DNA of 64,000 bases from the NCBI GenBank assembly GCA_035516255.1, contig DATJAL010000019.1, positions 22,196-86,195 on the forward strand, written 5' to 3'. The notes under the pieces are model-generated. The model was not told the DNA's origin. It saw only the letters and a list, made by a program, of their open reading frames with translations, and did no database searches. This document shows positions 19,280 through 27,573 of the stretch, piece after piece. A program made the position numbers and the translations under genes. Every line of letters starts with the position of its first letter. Within the stretch, counting starts at the first letter, position 1. The stretch is from Chitinivibrionales bacterium (GTDB taxonomy: Bacteria; Fibrobacterota; Chitinivibrionia; Chitinivibrionales; FEN-1185).

Positions 19280-20942
19280 GGCACTCTGCAAAGCGTTTTC
19301 TTCCGTGCTCGCCCTGCTCACGGGCGCGGGCGCATGCTTTTTTTTGCATTGCGCGGTAAACTTGGCCGGCAGCGTCACCGAGGGCGGCAATGTTGAAATT
19401 GCGGGTCTGATCGTGGATTCCCTGGGAAACCCCGCGGCCGGGGCGCTCGTGTCGGTGCGTCCTCGCAATTATGTCAAGGACACGGGCATCGCTGTTTTAC
19501 AACGCAGCGTCGCCGTGGACGTCGTGACGGAAAGCAACGGCCGTTTCCGCATCGATTCAATAGAGGCCGGCGATTACTGCCTTTCGGCGACGAAAGGCGA
19601 GTCGCTGGCGGTAATGGCGCGGTTCGGCGTTCCGCCCGCCGACACGTTCAGGGATACTCTCGTGCTAGGCAGGGCGGCACAAATCAGCGGCATCGTTGTC
19701 AACCAATCCGCGCTGAGCGTGCCGATCTACGTGCAGGTGGTGGGACTCGACAGGATCGCCAAGGTCGACAGCGCGAGCGGCGCGTACCAGATTCCGCTTG
19801 TTCCCGCCGGCGATTACCGGCTGCAGGTGGTGGCCTCGTCGAGCGATTTTGTACCCCTCGTTGTCCCGGATGTAAACTGCCAGCAGGGTCAAAACACGCT
19901 GGTCGACACCATTGCGATCGCTCCGTTCTCGTCTGAAAATTACGGCTTGTGGCCCAACGCAAAAGTTATCACGCTCAACACGACCGCGGCGGGCGCCAAT
20001 GTCGCGGGCACGGTAACGAACTTTCCCGTGATGGTGCATATGACCGCGCCCACGTTTACCTTCAATCAATTCCTTTCCGACGGGCACGATATCCGCTTTG
20101 CAAACAGCAAGGGCCGGCACCTGCCCTATGAAATCGAACGTTTCGACCCGTATGCGGGCATCGCGGACGTGTGGGTGCTCGTCGACACCGTGAAGGGCAA
20201 CGATTCCACCGCCATCACCGTTTACTGGGGAAACCTGAATGCGGCCGCGCAGTCGCTGGCCTCCGTCGTCTTCGACACCGCGTTGGGTTATCAGGCGGTC
20301 TGGCACCTTAATCAGCGGGCGCTCAACGAGCGCCTGGATGCCACCGATAACGGGTACAATGCGCAGCCCGAGGGCTATGAAGGGGACGAATGGACCTACG
20401 GCCTCATCGGCGGATGCGACAGTGTTGACGACAACGACGACCATCTCATGGCGCCCAGCATCAACGCGGCATCGGCGCTTACGCTTTCAATGTGGGTGAA
20501 TTCCTACGAATGGAACCCTTCCTCGAACCGCGAATTCTGCATTGCCAAGGCAGGTTCTGCAACGGGGAAACCGCCGCTGTATTCACTCATGATCAACGAA
20601 AACCGGCAGCTAGACATGACCGTCACTACCAACGGCAAACCGGATTCGGTGGGTGGCGGTTCGCTGACGCTTAACAATTGGTATTTTATCGCCGGCATCT
20701 ATGACGGCAACGCAATCGATGTGTACATCAACGGCGCGCTGGTCGCCAGTAAAAACGTTTCGGGCGCCATAGACACCAGCGGCAGCAACACTACTATCGC
20801 GTATTTCGACAAGATTTCCCAAAAGCTCCACGGTAAAATTGACGAAGTGCGCATCATGAAACTGGCGGCAAGCGCTGATTGGATCAAGCTTAATTACGAA
20901 AACCAGAGGCCGGGCAGCACTTTTGTGCGATTCGCGAATTAA
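19272..20942 (+). CDS. Secreted DUF2341 plus LamG (concanavalin-like) domain protein with N-terminal carboxypeptidase-regulatory-like domains
   Basis: Signal/lipobox-like N-terminus. GLIVDSLGNPAAGALVSV..., then the DUF2341-like block TNFPVMVHM...DIRFANSKGRHLPYEIERFD...ADVWVLV...ITVYWGN, then a LamG-like block LTLSMWVN...NWYFIAGIYDG..IDVYINGA..GKIDEVRI. Confidence 0.8.
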   Translation: MDRALCKAFSSVLALLTGAGACFFLHCAVNLAGSVTEGGNVEIAGLIVDSLGNPAAGALVSVRPRNYVKDTGIAVLQRSVAVDVVTESNGRFRIDSIEAGDYCLSATKGESLAVMARFGVPPADTFRDTLVLGRAAQISGIVVNQSALSVPIYVQVVGLDRIAKVDSASGAYQIPLVPAGDYRLQVVASSSDFVPLVVPDVNCQQGQNTLVDTIAIAPFSSENYGLWPNAKVITLNTTAAGANVAGTVTNFPVMVHMTAPTFTFNQFLSDGHDIRFANSKGRHLPYEIERFDPYAGIADVWVLVDTVKGNDSTAITVYWGNLNAAAQSLASVVFDTALGYQAVWHLNQRALNERLDATDNGYNAQPEGYEGDEWTYGLIGGCDSVDDNDDHLMAPSINAASALTLSMWVNSYEWNPSSNREFCIAKAGSATGKPPLYSLMINENRQLDMTVTTNGKPDSVGGGSLTLNNWYFIAGIYDGNAIDVYINGALVASKNVSGAIDTSGSNTTIAYFDKISQKLHGKIDEVRIMKLAASADWIKLNYENQRPGSTFVRFAN

Positions 20943-20954
20943 TGCATCTTCCGG

Positions 20955-21608
20955 TTAGTCCCTGCGGCGCGCAAAGCGCAGGATCTCTACCCGTGTTTTT
21001 CCCTCATTGACGTATTCCTCCCACGCAAGCGACGACGCGAAACCGGCCTGGTAGGCACATGTTTTGAATTCCTCCCACCACTGACGGCAGGGGTCGGCGA
21101 TAAAGGCGGTTCCACCGGGTGATAACGTGCTGTTAAGGAACCGAAGCACGGGAGCGATCCAGCGCCGCTCGTAAATGATGTCCGACGCGATTACACACTC
21201 GATTGCGGGTCTGAGGCAGGCATGGCGCCAGTCCGCGCATATGACAAACGCCTTTTGCTCGTGCAGCAGAATATTATGCCGGGAAAACCTGCATGCGTCG
21301 ATGGATATGTCCGTTGCAACGCATCGGATGCCTTTTCTGGCACACACCGATGCGACAATGCCAAGGCCGCTGCCGAGCTCCACCACCCAGGCGTCTACCG
21401 GAATTGCGTCTGCTCCCCGGCCTGCCATGAAATTGAACATGGCGAACGAGGCGGGCCACTGCTCCGGCCAGTAGGGGAGCATCTTGTCCTTGTCATATTC
21501 TTCATCGGTCATCGAATCGAGGATTGCGTCGGGGTCGGCAGGACGCACGAATTCAAGATGCCCGCTTTGATAGGGCATTGAAAATCGGATAGAAGGCATG
21601 CTCAGCAT
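20955..21608 (-). CDS. Class I SAM-dependent methyltransferase (Methyltransf_16/lysine-MTase-like)
   Basis: SAM-binding motif I VVELGSGLGIVASVCARKG, followed by ATDIS and ASDIIY blocks. Confidence 0.8.
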   Translation of the reverse strand: MLSMPSIRFSMPYQSGHLEFVRPADPDAILDSMTDEEYDKDKMLPYWPEQWPASFAMFNFMAGRGADAIPVDAWVVELGSGLGIVASVCARKGIRCVATDISIDACRFSRHNILLHEQKAFVICADWRHACLRPAIECVIASDIIYERRWIAPVLRFLNSTLSPGGTAFIADPCRQWWEEFKTCAYQAGFASSLAWEEYVNEGKTRVEILRFARRRD

Positions 21609-21792
21609 GGTGTAAAATTAACATCAGGGAAACGTGAAATCAACGAAACTGGTGAAACGTCATTCGTGAAAAACAGGGAAAAACGCCGCTGAGGCACCCT
21701 GTTTGATGTTGACCCTGGCCCAATTTAACGGTATAATCAGAGGGAAAGAGGCCTCGGTGCATTTTGGAATGCCGAAAGCGGGGGAAGCGGCC

Positions 21793-22041
21793 ATGAAAGG
21801 AAAATACTGCAAGCTCTATGATGAGAACCTCGTACGCAACATCATGATTTCCACCGGGCTCTCCATCATCGAATACATCAAACAGTGCAAAAGCGCGGAT
21901 GCGATTGACATCTGCGACTTCATTGAACAGAACGCCGACAATATCATCGAAAACACCATAGAAGATATGAACCACGATCATCCCGATGGCCCGCGGGCGC
22001 CCGAAGACGGGCAGGCAGACGACGAAAATCTTTCCCTTTAA
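21793..22041 (+). CDS. Small acidic hypothetical protein
   Basis: ATG after GGGGAAG. The 82-aa product MKGKYCKLYDENLV...EDMNHDHPDG looks more protein-like than the overlapping 153-aa minus-strand ORF. No recognisable family. Confidence 0.35.
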   Translation: MKGKYCKLYDENLVRNIMISTGLSIIEYIKQCKSADAIDICDFIEQNADNIIENTIEDMNHDHPDGPRAPEDGQADDENLSL

Positions 22042-22046
22042 AGCAA

Positions 22047-22140
22047 GTTGCAAAGTCAAAGAGTTACAAAAAGACACGTACATAAAAGGGCATGCTCTCA
22101 TTTTTCACTTTGTTACCGAGTATCTCTGTCACATTGTTAC
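22047..22140. repeat. Second copy of the intergenic palindromic element with the conserved 38-nt motif
   Basis: TTTCACTTTGTTACCGAGTATCTCTGTCACATTGTTAC (22103-22140) matches 9312-9349 at most positions. Its left arm GTTGCAAAGTCAAAGAGTTAC is partially complementary. Lies 43 nt upstream of tRNA-Leu. Confidence 0.6.
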
Positions 22141-22182
22141 TATTTTCCCCTCACATTAATTAATTTATTATCCCGTTGCAAT

Positions 22183-22266
22183 GCCGAGGTGGCGGAACTG
22201 GTAGACGCAGTGGACTCAAAATCCACCGGGGGCAACCCCATGAGAGTTCGACTCTCTCCTTCGGCA
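22183..22266 (+). tRNA. tRNA-Leu (anticodon CAA)
   Basis: Folded by hand. Acceptor GCCGAGG/CTTCGGC (one G-U). Anticodon stem GTGGA/TCCAC with loop CTCAAAA. Long variable arm. T-arm GAGAG-TTCGACT-CTCTC. CCA is not encoded. Confidence 0.9.
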
Positions 22267-22410
22267 CTTCTCATCGCGCCGCGCCGACGTACCCGGCCTT
22301 CTATTTATTCAAAATCAAGCAAGCAATGAATTATTTTCTGCTTTGCAGGGTAAATGGGACGAATCCCGGCAAATCAAACTCCTGTTTATTACAATAAAAA
22401 CGGAGTGCGC

Positions 22411-23355
22411 ATGGCCTCAATCGTTAGAAGCTCGGGCGTCGAGTGGGCTGGTTTTATCGGCAGGGACCTGGGAAATGTGACCCTGATAAGCGAGCTCGGC
22501 CGCGGCGTGATGGGCGTGGTGTTCGTCGGCTACCAAAAGACCCTGCGGCGGCAGGTGGCGGTCAAGGTGCTGGTAAAGGCCAAGGCCCAGGCGTCAGGCG
22601 AGCTTGCCAGCGACCTGTTTCGTGACGAGGGCGAAATGGTGGCCGTGCTTTCCCATCCAAACATCATCCCGATTTTCGAGATGGGCGAGGCAGACGACTG
22701 CTTTTACCAAGTTATGCAGCTGGTGGACGGCATAGATTTGCGGAGCACCATGCGGCGGCTCTCCAAACACCCCATCCCCTCAAAACGTCTCATTCCGCTT
22801 TCCGAAACCATTGACTTCATGATGCAGGTGCTCGATGCCCTCGGATACGCGCATGAGGAGGGCGTTATCCACCAGGATATAAAGCCCGCGAACATTCTCA
22901 TCGAAAACCGGAGCAAGCGGCCGCTGGTGGCGGACTTCGGCATTGCACGCGCGCTATCGGGTGAATATAAATCGGAAGGACTCGTGGTGGGCACGCCGCT
23001 GTACATGTCTCCCGAGCAGGTCAACGGCAAGGTGACCGACGGAAGGACAGACATATATTCGGCGGGCGTCATCCTGTTCGAGATGGTGGTCGGCAGCCTT
23101 CCGGTGAGGCCTGAGGAAAAGACAACGCAGATCCTGCTGCGAAAGAAAAACGCGCCCGACACCTTTTTCACGGCAAAACCGCGCGAGATGTCTCCTGCGA
23201 TCAGCGCCGAACTCGAGCGGGTGATCCTCAAGGCGGTCGCGCCTAATCTGGAGTGGCGTTACCGCGACTGCCGCGCCTTCATCGATGACCTTAAAAAGGT
23301 CCGCGATCTGCAGAGCGGCAGGCCCTTGCCGGGCCGCGCCGGAGCGTCCCTGTGA
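22411..23355 (+). CDS. Ser/Thr protein kinase, kinase domain only
   Basis: GRGVMGVVF glycine loop, VAVK, HQDIKPANILI catalytic loop, DFGIAR, GTPLYMSPEQ. No extra sensor or TM domain. Start ATG 22411 preferred over 22354. Confidence 0.88.
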   Translation: MASIVRSSGVEWAGFIGRDLGNVTLISELGRGVMGVVFVGYQKTLRRQVAVKVLVKAKAQASGELASDLFRDEGEMVAVLSHPNIIPIFEMGEADDCFYQVMQLVDGIDLRSTMRRLSKHPIPSKRLIPLSETIDFMMQVLDALGYAHEEGVIHQDIKPANILIENRSKRPLVADFGIARALSGEYKSEGLVVGTPLYMSPEQVNGKVTDGRTDIYSAGVILFEMVVGSLPVRPEEKTTQILLRKKNAPDTFFTAKPREMSPAISAELERVILKAVAPNLEWRYRDCRAFIDDLKKVRDLQSGRPLPGRAGASL

Positions 23356-25505
23356 ACGCGCCAGGCGGCCAGGGGCCCGTTGACCAGAAGCATGCCGAGA
23401 CCCTCGCCAGGCTTTTCAACCTCGTGTATAACAGCGCGATGCTGTACGGCGGCAACCACCAGAAAACCACGGATGCCGCAATCCCGTTTGCCAATTTCCT
23501 TGGCAGGGTCGCCAAGGGGAACACGCTCGTGTCCCTGCTGGCGGAACGTGACTCGGTGTATATTGAAAACCACTGCATCGATAAAATCATCAACGCCCGC
23601 CGGCTTGTAGCGCATTTTAAAAAGGCCGGTTTACAATCGGTCACGTTCTCGTCGGAGGCCACCATCGAAGGCGTCAAGGTGCTGTTCCATGTGCTCAGCG
23701 ACATGCTGGCCTACCCCACGGCCGACCTGATGAAGCAGGGCCTTGCCTTGCAGAATGTCAAGGGAATACGCCTCAACTACGTTGTGTACCGTAAGATGAC
23801 CGCCGACGAGGCGATCGTCAACAAGGACGCCGCGTCGGCGGGGCTGCAGGCGTCGTCCGCTTCGCCGCAGGACACCTCCGTCACGAAACAGGTGCTCGAC
23901 GGCCTCACCGGCCTTATTTCAGCGCAACAGCTGATGGGGGGCGCCAGGGCGGGCGCCGCAGCGGCGGGGCAGGACACGGGCATTTCGCAGGGCGCGGGCC
24001 TTGAAACCATGCTGGCACACCTCAGGGCCGTGAATACGCAGATGAGCGCACCGGGCCAGGCGGGCGCCATGACCGGCCAGCAGATGGTGGACGCTGTGGC
24101 CAAGCTCAGGAACCAGGTGGCGGAAAACCTCGACCTGATCCGCAAAACGCACGACCTTAACGAATCGGAAAACCTGGTGGCGAGCGAGGTGGACGCCATG
24201 AGCCACGAGGTGATGCTGCGCCTCATCAAGGAGGAATACAAGGCCGGCGGCGTTTCGTTGCGCAGGCTCGCGCAGATCATCCGACGCATGATGCCCGACA
24301 TCAAGGAGCTCAAGCGCATGCTGCCCCGGCTCAAAGAAACGCTGCTTTCGGAGGGCATGCCGCAGGCCGAATACCTCCAGCTCGTGACCGAGATCCTCAA
24401 GGACATCGATTCGGAAGGTATCGCCGGCGTTTTTGAAAACGCGGTGCAGGACATCGGCATTACCATGAACGAGCTCGTGGATTCGATCAAGGAGGACCCG
24501 GCCGACGCCGCGCGCCTCATCATCCTCGCCTCGGAGATCCGCAAGACCACGCGCCAGGACTCGGCGCAGCTCTCGGCCATGCTCACCGACTACGTGGAGC
24601 AGGTGAGCCGCTCGCTCGCCCTCGAATCAAAGGAAATGGCAAGCAGGGAAGGAATCCATCTTGTAAAGGCCACCATCGGCAGGATTGAAAAAGACCTCGT
24701 GGAGAAGCTCAAGCGCCACGGGATCCCGGAGCCGGTGCTCGACGAGGCTTCGCAGCAGCTCGCGGAAAGGCTTGACAAGACAGCATCGGATTTCAAGCAG
24801 GAGTGGGCGTCGAAGTTCGTGGGTACGCTCAAGGACAGCGGCGAAACGCACCTCGTGCAGACCCTCAAGGACATGGTGCGCAACGAAAACGACGCGCAGT
24901 TTTTGCAGAAGCCGTTCACCGAGATGCTCAAGGCAAAGGGCTTCAGCGACACGCGCATCGCCGAGTTCTTCGAAAAGGCGAAAGCGACCCCCGCCAAGGC
25001 GCAGCCGGAGCTCCCCAAGGGTGTTTTGAATGTCAATGCGACCATGTACTTCCTGGAACTGGAAATCAAGCGTCATCAGCGGTACAACACGCCGTTTTCG
25101 TGCCTCATCGTCACGCCTGAGGTAGTGCGGCCGGAAAGCGGCCCTTCCCGTACCGCAAACGATGCGGATCAAAAGGCACTCATGCCGCACATTCTCGCTT
25201 TCCTGCGCAAGGCGCTGCGCGACCTCGACATGGTGGGATCGCTTGGACTCGTTTCGCGCGACGTGCCCTTCGTGGTGCTTCCCATGACCGAAGGCCCCGG
25301 CGCAAATACGGTCACGCTCCGTATGGAAAAAGGTCTTAATGCCATGATGTTCGACTGCGGGACCGAGCGCCTGCGCGCCGCATTCGCCGTCACGTTCGCG
25401 TCGTTTGACAAGAAGACAATGACCGGCTACCGCTCCTTTCTCGAGCTCGCGCTTGCGGGGCATAAGAAAAAGGAAGAACAGGTTCGAGCAACGGCGAAGA
25501 CATGA
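23352..25505 (+). CDS. Large soluble signalling-type protein with degenerate GGDEF-like C-terminal domain
   Basis: GTG start overlaps the kinase stop (GTGA). Long helical, partly A/G/Q-rich middle. The last 150 aa or so (FLELEIKRHQRYNTPFSCLIV...LRKALRDLDMVGSLGLVSRDVPFVVLPMT) follow the GGDEF-fold pattern, but SRDVPF replaces GGDEF. Confidence 0.65.
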   Translation: MNAPGGQGPVDQKHAETLARLFNLVYNSAMLYGGNHQKTTDAAIPFANFLGRVAKGNTLVSLLAERDSVYIENHCIDKIINARRLVAHFKKAGLQSVTFSSEATIEGVKVLFHVLSDMLAYPTADLMKQGLALQNVKGIRLNYVVYRKMTADEAIVNKDAASAGLQASSASPQDTSVTKQVLDGLTGLISAQQLMGGARAGAAAAGQDTGISQGAGLETMLAHLRAVNTQMSAPGQAGAMTGQQMVDAVAKLRNQVAENLDLIRKTHDLNESENLVASEVDAMSHEVMLRLIKEEYKAGGVSLRRLAQIIRRMMPDIKELKRMLPRLKETLLSEGMPQAEYLQLVTEILKDIDSEGIAGVFENAVQDIGITMNELVDSIKEDPADAARLIILASEIRKTTRQDSAQLSAMLTDYVEQVSRSLALESKEMASREGIHLVKATIGRIEKDLVEKLKRHGIPEPVLDEASQQLAERLDKTASDFKQEWASKFVGTLKDSGETHLVQTLKDMVRNENDAQFLQKPFTEMLKAKGFSDTRIAEFFEKAKATPAKAQPELPKGVLNVNATMYFLELEIKRHQRYNTPFSCLIVTPEVVRPESGPSRTANDADQKALMPHILAFLRKALRDLDMVGSLGLVSRDVPFVVLPMTEGPGANTVTLRMEKGLNAMMFDCGTERLRAAFAVTFASFDKKTMTGYRSFLELALAGHKKKEEQVRATAKT

Positions 25506-25568
25506 CAATGCTGTTAGACTTAGTCCTGTCTCCAATGATAAGTGTGGAAAAATAAGGATGAAAAAGAA

Positions 25569-25659
25569 CGGAGGGGAGAGGATTTGAACCTCCGGTAGCA
25601 GTTTTACCCACTACGACGGTTTAGCAAACCGTTGCCTTCAGCCACTCGGCCACCCCTCC
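25569..25659 (-). tRNA. tRNA-Ser (anticodon GCT)
   Basis: Minus strand GGAGGGGTGGCCGAGTGGCTGAAGGCAACGGTTTGCTAAACCGT..., with a long variable arm, T-arm GGAGG-TTCAAAT-CCTCT, 3' acceptor CCCCTCC and discriminator G. Confidence 0.9.
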
Positions 25660-26145
25660 ATAGGTAGACGATGCCTCGATGAAAAGTCAGATAAATATAA
25701 TTGTTAATGTTGGGGGTTGAAAAGGCTTTCATCCTGCGTGTATCTTGATTTCATATTTTTTGACCGCGCCTGCGCCTGATAATTTTCCACAACACCCGCC
25801 GATTTCACGCCCCATGATATCGAGCCCCAACGAAAGCTTTACCGTCGCCAGTGCCGTTTCCATGCAATTGCCCCCTGTGTATTGTACCTGAGCTTCATTG
25901 CCCAGCATCACTGGAAGGGTAGTAGTAGAAGATTTCCAATTGTAAAGGACTGGTGACGCGGGGTATTTCGCGGATATAATTCAAACGCGGATTGTTTAAA
26001 TGAGAAATAATGCGGGGAAGAGAGGGAGAAGAGGAAAAGCTCCCGAGGTCGTGCAGGTTATTTCACTTGATTTATTAGACAATTCCTAATATAATTATCA
26101 TTAAGGACGCGGCAAAAAACCGAAAAAAAAGGAGGAAGGTCCATT

Positions 26146-26982
26146 ATGCGTGATAGTAAATTGATATACGCTTTGTTATTCGTTGTAGGCCTCATTTCAT
26201 TTTCCCAGTCCGCGCTTGTACACCAACGAGACACATTGCATATCCTTAACGCCTACGGCCGGGGAGTGTACTTCTCCAACACCATGGGTGGGCAACTCAT
26301 GGTTGACAGTGTCGCTTCCAATATGGGCGCTATGCCCTGTTCCCTCTCGTACAAGGAAATATTTTTTGCGGTTCTTGGTGGCATGTATGCATGCCCATGT
26401 TGCCCGACCTGGTCGATCGGTTCAGCCCGGCCGTTTTTTCGCTCGGCCTCGAAACAGATCAATTGGTCGTCGCCGCTTAGTCTTACCGATTCTTTGCAAT
26501 TCAGGATATGCGACACTTCCAGCCCCAACAGCCGCTATTGCACTTTGCCTGAAGCGATACCGAATTCTGACGCTGACAATATTTTTATTTTCGGCACTAC
26601 CTCGATATTTGTCTTTACCACCTACGTGCTCGTTCGAGTAGATACTCTTTATCTAGACCCCGCGAAACCGACTCAAACCTTCGGCGGGCAGCTCGGATAT
26701 CCTGTGGAGACATGCAAGAACATGCTTGTCGTCGACATCTATGTGCAACCTAATGGTTCCACTGATTTCAGCGGCGCACAGATAACCTCAACACTGTTTC
26801 CTTCCAATCGGGAAAGGGGAACAAAATATCTCATGGCTAAAACCTATTCTTCCTTTCAACTCTTTGACTTGCAGGGACGCGCCGTTTCGTTCATCTGTGA
26901 CGGAACGCACGGGCATGTTCCTTGTGGTTGCTATTTGGAGAAAAGAGGCACATATATGACAAAACGGGCGTTTATCTACTGA
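26146..26982 (+). CDS. Cys-rich secreted hypothetical protein with T9SS-CTD-like tail
   Basis: AAGGAGGAAGG RBS. Signal peptide LIYALLFVVGLISFSQSA. C-terminal FQLFDLQGRAVSF... pattern. Located in an AT-rich segment. No family recognised. Confidence 0.6.
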   Translation: MRDSKLIYALLFVVGLISFSQSALVHQRDTLHILNAYGRGVYFSNTMGGQLMVDSVASNMGAMPCSLSYKEIFFAVLGGMYACPCCPTWSIGSARPFFRSASKQINWSSPLSLTDSLQFRICDTSSPNSRYCTLPEAIPNSDADNIFIFGTTSIFVFTTYVLVRVDTLYLDPAKPTQTFGGQLGYPVETCKNMLVVDIYVQPNGSTDFSGAQITSTLFPSNRERGTKYLMAKTYSSFQLFDLQGRAVSFICDGTHGHVPCGCYLEKRGTYMTKRAFIY

Positions 26983-27111
26983 AAACGTCTTCACGTGAAT
27001 TTCGATTTCGCATGACGGAATGAGGTAACAAGGCGGAAAAATGCGTGACGATATTTTGACGATATGAGTGAAAAAGGTTTTGCTTGTTATTCAAATAACG
27101 CATTTGACAAT

Positions 27112-27153
27112 GTTTAGCAAACCGTTGCCTTCAGCCACTCGGCTACCCCTCCA
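27112..27153 (-). repeat. Duplicated 5' half of tRNA-Ser(GCT), truncated in the anticodon stem
   Basis: 42 nt, identical to 25619-25660 at 41 of 42 positions (T at 27144 versus C). No T-arm or 3' acceptor follows. Confidence 0.85.
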
Positions 27154-27573
27154 ACAATCTTGTTAACTTATTGGAGTTAATTCAGTTGCAAATTTTTATT
27201 AAGCTTATTTGTCAGGCTTTTTAAATGCTTTTTCTATAGATATCGTCGGTAAATACAGACGATATTTTTCATTCGTAAAAAATATATAAAGGGGATGGCT
27301 ATGGGAAGAAAAAGTGTTCCACTTTTTGGGTAGTTTATTAGAGTAGTTTCTCAATAGGTGAAAACTCCCCCTTAAAAATTATTAAAAATCTGAAAATATT
27401 GTCCAAGGCAACTTACGCAACTGCCGTGCGCTCTTAATTTATAAGGATATAATACCTTGTTCTTGAGTCAATAATAGTGGTATAATGATATTCTATTCTA
27501 ATCCTACATCTTGGCTCCAGAGAAAAACGTTCTTAAGTCATGACATCGGTTCATCCCACCATTGGAGAAAAAT

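Noticed and set aside
21640-22101. 153-aa minus-strand ORF overlapping the small acidic ORF
   Set aside because: Its hydrophobic/Cys/Phe-rich product has no structure-like pattern and would run into the palindromic element. The plus-strand 82-aa frame looks more plausible, though itself weak.
24627-25535. 302-aa minus-strand ORF (and the 23777-24586 ORF) antisense to the 717-aa gene
   Set aside because: The plus-strand frame is continuous for 717 codons, is translationally coupled to the kinase, and has sensible helical/amphipathic composition. The antisense products are Arg/Ser-rich.
25729-25911. 60-aa minus-strand ORF next to tRNA-Ser
   Set aside because: It is short, has a GTG/ATG start without an RBS, and carries no motifs. 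It lies in the AT-rich segment and could be a remnant of lost cargo, but that is unsupported.
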